NCBI GenBank assembly: GCA_947626185.1
Contig: CANQRD010000001.1
Coordinates: 31,071-95,070 of the forward strand
Direction: 5' to 3'
DNA: 64,000 nt
From: an uncultured Flavobacterium sp.
GTDB taxonomy: Bacteria > Bacteroidota > Bacteroidia > Flavobacteriales > Flavobacteriaceae
Shown here: in pieces, positions 58,601 through 64,000 of the stretch
How positions within the stretch are numbered: the stretch's first letter is position 1
Layout of the letters: each line of letters begins with the position of its first letter
The notes under the pieces: model-generated
What the model was told of the DNA's origin: nothing
Seen by the model: only the letters and a program-made list of their open reading frames with translations
Databases searched by the model: none
Made by a program: the position numbers and the translations under genes

Positions 58601-61105
58601 AGAGCATTAATATCAGTAGAAAATGGAAGCAGCGTAATAGAAACACATTGGGTAGAAACCAAAAAAGGTGAAACTACTTTTGATTTAACTGCAACAGCAG
58701 CTATGGCTCCAAATGTATACATAAACGTTACACTTATACAACCACATGCTTTTACGATAAACAATTCACCTATTCGTTTATATGGAATTGTTCCGATTTC
58801 GGTTTACAATAAAAAAACAAAATTAGAGCCTGAAATCATAATGCCTGACAAATTAAAACCCGAAGCAAAATTTGCATTAAAGGTAAAAGAAAAGAATGGG
58901 CAAAAAATGACATATACTTTAGCTATTGTTGAAGATGGCTTGTTGGATTTAACACGTTTTAAAACACCTAATCCATGGCAAAATTTTTACAGTAAAACAG
59001 CTTTAGGTGTTCGCACTTGGGATGTCTTTGATTTTGTAATTGGCGCATACGGCGGAACAATAAATCAGGTATTTAGTATTGGTGGTGATGAAGACTTAGG
59101 AGCAGGACAAGTTAAAAAAGCAAATCGCTTTAATCCTGTGGTTATTTTCTTAGGACCATATACTTTGGAAGCTGGTAAAACAGAAACACACGAAATTAAA
59201 CTACCTCAATATATAGGTTCTGTTCGTGCAATGGTTGTAGCTTCAAACACAGAAAACAACTCTTATGGTTCTACAGAAAAAACTGTAAAAGTGAATAATC
59301 CATTAATGATATTGGGATCATTGCCAAGACGAGCAGTACCAGGTGAAAAAATCACATTACCGGTTACTGTTTTTGCAATGGAAAATAATATCAAAAATGT
59401 ACAAATTAGAGTAAAAACAGACAATAAATTCAAACTAATAGGATCAAACACACAACAATTATCTTTCAATGAGCCTGATGAAAAAATCGCTTATTTTGAG
59501 TTAGAAGTTGGAGACAAAACTGGTATTGGTAAAATTGAAATAGAAGCCACTTCAAATAATGAAAAAGCTAATTATAATATTGAATTGGATATTTTAAATC
59601 CAAATCCTGTTTCAACGCGCACGCAGTTAGTAATTTTAGATGGACAAGAAACCAAAGATATAGATTGGACTATTTTTGGTATTTCTGGTAGTAATAAAGC
59701 TACCTTAGAATTATCTACATTTCCAAATATTAATCTAACATCGCGTTTAAATTACCTAATTACTTTTCCGCATGGTTGTACAGAGCAAATTACATCGGGT
59801 GTGTTTCCTCAAATTTATTTGAATGAATTAACAACATTAGATAATTCTAAAAAAACAAGTATACAAAACAACGTTAATGCTGGTATTAAAAAACTTGCAC
59901 AACGTCAATTACCAGATGGCGGTTTTGAATATTGGCCAGGTAATAAATATGCTGATGATTGGGCAACATCATATGTTGGAAATTTCTTTATTGAAGCAGA
60001 GAAAAAAGGATATGCATTGCCAATAAATAGTAAATCAAATTGGATTGCATATCAGCAAAAAATGGCACGCGCATGGAAAAATGATCCTCGTTATCCTACT
60101 GATTTTGCTCAAGCGTATCGTTTATACACATTAGCTTTGGCAGGTCAGCCAGATATTGCTTCAATGAATCGTTTAAAAGAAACTAAAGATATTTCTACAA
60201 ACACAAAATTCCGTTTAGCTGCAGCTTATGCTATAGCTGGTCAAAAAGAAGTGGCTCAAAAACTTATTGCTAATCTATCTATAGAAGATACTAATAGTTC
60301 ATACTATTATGGTTCATACGAACGTAATTTAGCAATGGCGTTAGAAACAATGTTGTATTGTGGAAACAATAAAACTTTAGCGCATCAATATGCAATTGAA
60401 TTGGCAAATAAACTAGGTTCATCAGATTGGATGAGTACACAAACAACAGCTTTTGCTTTAAATGCAATTGCTACCTATGTAAATATAAACAAACCAAACA
60501 ATGGCATTAATGCACAATATGTATACAATGGTCAGTCGGTAAATGTAAATACAACTTCAGCTTTTGCAAACAATGATTTAAAAGAAATTAAACAAAATAA
60601 TTCTATTGCTGTAACCAATAAAGAACAAGGTACATTATTTGCACGTTTAACTTCTATTGGAATATTACCTATTGGCGAAGAACTGGTAGAACAAAGTAAC
60701 TTGGCAATCAAAACAGCTTATCGTTCAGCAAATGGCATAGCTATAAATCCACAGAGTTTACAACAAGGTACAACCTTTACGTGCAGTATAACCATTTCAA
60801 ATACGAGCAACAGAAATATAGAAAATGTTGCCTTAACGTATATTTTACCTTCGGGTTGGGAAATTGTAAATCTGCGTTATACAGATGCTGGAGGCGATAA
60901 CAATAATGTTGATTATACAGATTACAGAGATGACCGCGCTTTGTTTTACTTAGGTTTAAAAGCAAATAGTTCAAAAACATTACAATTAACATTAAATGCT
61001 TCTTATTTAGGAAAATATTATCTTCCTGGAGTTCAAGCTAACGCAATGTATAACAATACATATCGTTGTAGAACAAGTGGACAATGGGTAGAAGTAAACA
61101 AATAA
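55607..61105 (+). CDS. Alpha-2-macroglobulin family lipoprotein with an intact thioester (YfhM/ECAM type)
   Basis: 1832 aa. Signal peptide with lipobox Cys (IIFTAFQAC) and the thioester motif FPHGCTEQ. Adjacent to pbpC, as for E. coli yfhM-pbpC. Confidence 0.9.
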   Translation: MKKKVTLILLCIIFTAFQACKKNSNSDFPLSDPKDFVEYISAFTTGMISSKSTIDIELTKNFGNWTDSQEIESNIFSISPSVKGKLIYAGNQTLRFEPSERLKQNEQYNITFHLGKITKVEQEQQNFTFIVNTIPQLFGIEFTDLQSTDTETYTLTGKIKSSDWISVESIKKIIEASYNNKNIGVTFQTNSNQEAKEFPFSIRDIKRNNTSTDLILKLNGSAININQEIKEVTSIPSKGIFSVYRVLLTSGDNHSFSINFSNPIKKNQSFDGLVSLQGFEDLSLKFLVDGNILKVYSEKALPEEVLLTVHQGIADSYGNKLKSTYTESLVFGIPKPDVQLLQNGTILPSSQNLKINFKATSLKAVDVKVYKIFQNNILQFLQSNSMDGSYSLYSVAAPIAKTTIEFSNPDPKALAQWNSYALDLSTLITPDPGAIYHVKFSFRKEYALNCDFNINDNTDENDVDDSYIDNDDYEYHYRYYDYEERNDPCSDAYYYYHDMVSTNILASDLGIIVKGGNNNVYTAFVTNLLTTAPVSGATVEFYSYQQQLLATAKTDNEGMVKTNLGKDKAYFAIAKKDNNTTYIKIDQANSLSVSNYDVDGTTLQKGMNGFIYTERGVWRPGDAIYVGFILDDTANPLPENHPIKLTFTDPFGKVTEQLLQKKNKSNHYAFKLKTTDEAPTGNWEAVVSVGSAKFYKRIKIETIKPNRLKIKNNSEGKLIDFSSAAKRINYQVAWLQGTKAKNLKADVQVKLVPEKTTFKSYPNYEFNNNLATYTAEDITVFSGRTNEDGDFSFTLDLQNTVENSSMLKAILTTKVYEEGGDFSTDVSTLTYSPYRSYSGIKSPEQNKYGYYETDKPLDFSIITVNSAGKSVNAEVKVDVYRRDGYWWWSSQENGVSNYNNSEYYNLYNSKTIYTKENTPSKYAITIPEQDWGSYEIVVTDLNSGHISSQQFYVDWPYWSGKTKHSNGKDAIALSIATNKKEFTVGEKIQVSFPSSEDSRALISVENGSSVIETHWVETKKGETTFDLTATAAMAPNVYINVTLIQPHAFTINNSPIRLYGIVPISVYNKKTKLEPEIIMPDKLKPEAKFALKVKEKNGQKMTYTLAIVEDGLLDLTRFKTPNPWQNFYSKTALGVRTWDVFDFVIGAYGGTINQVFSIGGDEDLGAGQVKKANRFNPVVIFLGPYTLEAGKTETHEIKLPQYIGSVRAMVVASNTENNSYGSTEKTVKVNNPLMILGSLPRRAVPGEKITLPVTVFAMENNIKNVQIRVKTDNKFKLIGSNTQQLSFNEPDEKIAYFELEVGDKTGIGKIEIEATSNNEKANYNIELDILNPNPVSTRTQLVILDGQETKDIDWTIFGISGSNKATLELSTFPNINLTSRLNYLITFPHGCTEQITSGVFPQIYLNELTTLDNSKKTSIQNNVNAGIKKLAQRQLPDGGFEYWPGNKYADDWATSYVGNFFIEAEKKGYALPINSKSNWIAYQQKMARAWKNDPRYPTDFAQAYRLYTLALAGQPDIASMNRLKETKDISTNTKFRLAAAYAIAGQKEVAQKLIANLSIEDTNSSYYYGSYERNLAMALETMLYCGNNKTLAHQYAIELANKLGSSDWMSTQTTAFALNAIATYVNINKPNNGINAQYVYNGQSVNVNTTSAFANNDLKEIKQNNSIAVTNKEQGTLFARLTSIGILPIGEELVEQSNLAIKTAYRSANGIAINPQSLQQGTTFTCSITISNTSNRNIENVALTYILPSGWEIVNLRYTDAGGDNNNVDYTDYRDDRALFYLGLKANSSKTLQLTLNASYLGKYYLPGVQANAMYNNTYRCRTSGQWVEVNK
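59777..59788 (+). other. Thioester-forming CTEQ motif (Cys1391) of the alpha-2-macroglobulin
   Basis: The codons tgt aca gag caa are in frame with the CDS; (59777-55607) is divisible by 3. Confidence 0.85.
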
Positions 61106-61116
61106 TTAAAACAAAA

Positions 61117-61139
61117 TACAGGGATTTATCATCCCTGTA
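61117..61139 (+). terminator. Terminator-like hairpin in the 43-bp gap between the A2M gene and pbpC
   Basis: 9-bp stem tacagggat (61117-61125) / atccctgta (61131-61139) with loop ttatc, followed by tttctttct. The pbpC ATG lies 10 nt after the stem. Confidence 0.45.
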
Positions 61140-61148
61140 TTTCTTTCT

Positions 61149-63512
61149 ATGAAATTCAATATCAATTTAAAATGGAAAACCTATAGCACAAAAAAAAAGG
61201 TGCTAATTGTTATTGGTGCAATAGCATTAATAGCGTATATTTTTTGTTTACCTAAAATCTTATTTCAAAAACCGTATTCTACCGTAATTGAAAGCAACGA
61301 TGAACAATTACTTGCTGCACAAATCGCATCTGACGGGCAATGGCGATTTCCAGAACTAAAAGAAGTTCCCGAAAAGTTTAAAACCTGCATTATTTATTAT
61401 GAAGATGAATATTTTTATTCTCATTGGGGAATAAATCCAATATCAACTATCAAAGCCTTAATTAGTAATTTTTCTTCCAATAAAATAAAACGAGGAGGAA
61501 GTACGCTTACACAACAAACCATTCGATTGGCAAGAGATGGTAAGAAAAGAACTTACTTTGAAAAATTAATAGAAGCCATACAAGCCACCCGATTAGAATT
61601 CAAATACAGCAAAAAATCGATATTGGCATTATATGCATCACATGCTCCTTTTGGGGGAAATGTAGTTGGATTAGATGTTGCTGCATGGAGATATTTTGGT
61701 ACTGCACCAGAACAACTTTCGTGGGCAGAAAGTGCAACTTTAGCTGTGTTACCAAATGCTCCAAGATTAATTTACCCAGGAAAGAATCAAGAAATATTAC
61801 TGAAGAAAAGAAATGCTTTATTGAAAAAACTTTGGCAAAAAGAAATTATTGATGCTGAAACTTATGAGCTTTCTATCACAGAACCACTTCCGCAAAAACC
61901 ACATGATTTACCGCAAATAACTCCGCATTTATTGCAATTTATTGCTAAGACAAATAAAGAACAACGTATTGTAAGCACAATAGATTACAACATTCAACAA
62001 AGAGCAAATGAAATAATTAAAAACTACTATCAACATTATAGTCAAGCGGAAGTTTACAATATATCTGCATTAATTGTTGATGTAGAAAACAGAGATATTA
62101 TAACCTATATTGGCAACTCACCTACTACAACTGCACATCAAAAAGACGTAGATATTATTCATGCACCAAGAAGCACAGGAAGTATTTTAAAGCCCTTTTT
62201 ATATACAGCAATGCTAGACAATGCTTCTATTTTACCACATCAATTAATTGCTGATATTCCTATTGTAATTTCGGGATATAAACCTGTAAACTTCAATAGT
62301 GGTTATGAAGGTGCTACAACTGCCAACGAAGCACTTTCTCGTTCATTAAATATTCCATTTGTATTAATGCTACAACAATATGGAGTGTATCCTTTTTACG
62401 ACAATCTCCAAAGATTAAAGCTTACCTCAATTAACAAACAACCCAATCATTATGGTTTATCATTGATTTTGGGTGGAGCAGAAAGTACTTTATGGCAACT
62501 TACAAGAGCTTATGCAGCAATGGTGGGTACGGTTAACTTCTATGAAGAAGATCATTTATACAGAGAAAATGAAGTACAACAATTAAATTGGAAAAAAGAC
62601 AACATCCAATCTTTTGGAAAAACCCCTAAAGAAAAAACTCTTTGGGGTGCAGGAGCCATTTATAATACATTTGAGGCATTAACTAAAGTAAACAGACCCG
62701 AAGGTGATGAAGCTTGGCAACATTACGAATCTGCTATTAAAATTGCCTGGAAAACAGGTACCAGTTTTGGAGGAAGAGATGCTTGGGCAATTGGTGTAAA
62801 TAAAAAATATGTAGTAAGTGTTTGGGTTGGAAATGCCAATGGAGAAGGCAGACCATCAATAAGTGGTGTAAAAATGGCTGGACCAATTTTATTTGATCTC
62901 TTTAAATTACTTCCAAAACAAAAAGATATTAGCATACCATATAACGATTTAGAAGAAGTTATAATTTGCGAAACTTCTGGATATTTAGCAGGTTCAAACT
63001 GTACACACACTAAAACAGAATTAATACCAAATAGAGCACAAAAAACACAACTTTGTCCTTATCATCAACTAATTCATTTAGACAATACCGAACATTTTCA
63101 GGTAAATAGTAATTGCGAAGCCATAGATCAAATAGTTTCAAAACCATGGTTTATTTTACCGCCAACTATGGCATATTATTACAGAAAAACGCACAGTGAT
63201 TATTTAGATGTACCACCTTTTAGAACAGATTGTGTGGGACAAACGAACTCTAAAAAGGTAGAATTTATTTACCCAAAACATGGAGATAAAATTTATCTTA
63301 CTAAAAATTTTTATTCAGCACTACAACCTTTTATCGCCAAGGCAAGTACAAGTAGCGCCAATAAAACATTATTTTGGTATTTGAATGAGCAATTCATAGG
63401 TACTACAAAACAATTTCATGAAATGGCTATTCGAGGTCACGAGGGAGCAAACTATATTTCTATATCTGATGAAGAAGGAAATACACATACCATTCAAATT
63501 TTTATAGAATAA
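61149..63512 (+). CDS. pbpC: Penicillin-binding protein 1C (bifunctional glycosyltransferase/transpeptidase)
   Basis: GT51 motifs YEDEYFYSHWG and RGGSTLTQQ. Transpeptidase motifs are TGSILKP (SxxK), SLN (SxN) and KTGTS. A C-terminal PbpC-specific domain is present. Confidence 0.9.
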   Translation: MKFNINLKWKTYSTKKKVLIVIGAIALIAYIFCLPKILFQKPYSTVIESNDEQLLAAQIASDGQWRFPELKEVPEKFKTCIIYYEDEYFYSHWGINPISTIKALISNFSSNKIKRGGSTLTQQTIRLARDGKKRTYFEKLIEAIQATRLEFKYSKKSILALYASHAPFGGNVVGLDVAAWRYFGTAPEQLSWAESATLAVLPNAPRLIYPGKNQEILLKKRNALLKKLWQKEIIDAETYELSITEPLPQKPHDLPQITPHLLQFIAKTNKEQRIVSTIDYNIQQRANEIIKNYYQHYSQAEVYNISALIVDVENRDIITYIGNSPTTTAHQKDVDIIHAPRSTGSILKPFLYTAMLDNASILPHQLIADIPIVISGYKPVNFNSGYEGATTANEALSRSLNIPFVLMLQQYGVYPFYDNLQRLKLTSINKQPNHYGLSLILGGAESTLWQLTRAYAAMVGTVNFYEEDHLYRENEVQQLNWKKDNIQSFGKTPKEKTLWGAGAIYNTFEALTKVNRPEGDEAWQHYESAIKIAWKTGTSFGGRDAWAIGVNKKYVVSVWVGNANGEGRPSISGVKMAGPILFDLFKLLPKQKDISIPYNDLEEVIICETSGYLAGSNCTHTKTELIPNRAQKTQLCPYHQLIHLDNTEHFQVNSNCEAIDQIVSKPWFILPPTMAYYYRKTHSDYLDVPPFRTDCVGQTNSKKVEFIYPKHGDKIYLTKNFYSALQPFIAKASTSSANKTLFWYLNEQFIGTTKQFHEMAIRGHEGANYISISDEEGNTHTIQIFIE

Positions 63513-63526
63513 TAAATACCAACAAA

Positions 63527-63556
63527 AAACCCAAAACTTTGTAGTTTTGGGTTTTT
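63527..63556. terminator. Bidirectional intrinsic terminator (pbpC / RNase G)
   Basis: Stem cccaaaact (63530-63538) / agttttggg (63543-63551) with loop ttgt, an A-run upstream and a T-run downstream. Confidence 0.75.
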
Positions 63557-63558
63557 CG

Positions 63559-64000
63559 TTATTCTGATATTTCCTTTCCTTTATCATTAAAGAAATGGTA
63601 TTCTAAATACGTGTAAGCGTCACGTGGTACAATTTTAATCCATTTTTTTAGTTCAAACATCCACTTCATTCGTATTGATGGCAAACCTTTGGTAAGATAT
63701 GCTGCAACAAATGGATGTGTATTTAAAACTATTTTACTAGACGGATCTTTTAAAATAATATTTTCTATTTCGGCTCTAATTTTATCAATAACTAAAATTG
63801 GAGCTTCAATTTCACCATGTTCATTCGGATCTTCTTCTCTTGTTTCGATAGAAACTTCTGGTCGAACCCTCTGTCTAGTAATCTGAATTAACCCAAATTT
63901 ACTTGGTGGCAAGATTTTGTGTTTAGCCTTGTCATCACTCATTTCTTCTTTCAAGAAATCATATAGTGTTTTTCTATTTTCTGGATTACCCATATCAATA
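63559..64000 (-). CDS. rng: Ribonuclease E/G family protein (C-terminal part; 5' end outside window)
   Basis: ...LPPSKFGLIQITRQRVRPEV... is the conserved Rne/Rng catalytic-domain end. The frame stays open to the window edge beyond the listed ATG at 63993. Confidence 0.85.
   Translation of the reverse strand, partial: IDMGNPENRKTLYDFLKEEMSDDKAKHKILPPSKFGLIQITRQRVRPEVSIETREEDPNEHGEIEAPILVIDKIRAEIENIILKDPSSKIVLNTHPFVAAYLTKGLPSIRMKWMFELKKWIKIVPRDAYTYLEYHFFNDKGKEISE

Noticed and set aside
1-64000. Search for CRISPR arrays, tRNA or rRNA genes, IS elements, integrases, toxin-antitoxin or defence islands, and long direct repeats.
   Set aside because: None were found by eye. Intergenic regions are short (at most 356 bp), every long ORF has a housekeeping or envelope assignment, and composition looks uniform. 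A computational repeat, tRNA and HMM scan would be needed to exclude small elements.

Overview
This is a core chromosomal window from a low-GC Bacteroidota genome, most likely Flavobacteriia. Supporting evidence: the SprA type IX secretion translocon, alternative complex III (ACIII) plus an aa3-type oxidase, DUF3078 and DUF3098 genes, and TAnnTTTG -7 promoter boxes. I call about 50 protein-coding genes at roughly 90% coding density. All genes from 3591 to 37460 lie on the minus strand.

Contents, left to right:
- PiT phosphate transporter (partial), DUF255 thioredoxin-domain protein and MscS
- tsaB, an efflux adaptor and TolC
- an oxidase-assembly operon: SCO-like protein, SCO1, DUF420 and a small CxxC protein
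- heme O synthase, two subunit III genes and subunit IV
- deoC-like, vanZ, gcvH, sprA, ruvA, maeB, queG and ruvB
- actABCDEF plus oxidase subunits II and I
- SPOR protein and leuS
- ftsX, DUF3098, uppP and truB
- YiiX-like hydrolase, thioredoxin-like protein and patatin
- pyrH, frr, asnS and rpoN
- PAP2-like protein, two outer-membrane proteins and dxs
- tadA, a thioester alpha-2-macroglobulin and pbpC
- RNase E/G (partial)

I saw no rRNA, tRNA, CRISPR array, transposase, integrase, phage or recognisable defence-island genes.

I do not find convincing evidence of a wholly new multi-gene system. The best leads are three uncharacterised elements tied to the oxidase cluster: a SCO-like protein lacking the copper ligands, a small signal-peptide/CxxC/TM-anchored protein, and a roughly 115-residue insertion in subunit III. 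Secondary leads are an efflux adaptor/TolC pair with no pump that is translationally coupled to tsaB, and some regulatory hairpins. All family assignments come from motif recognition by eye; no searches were run.
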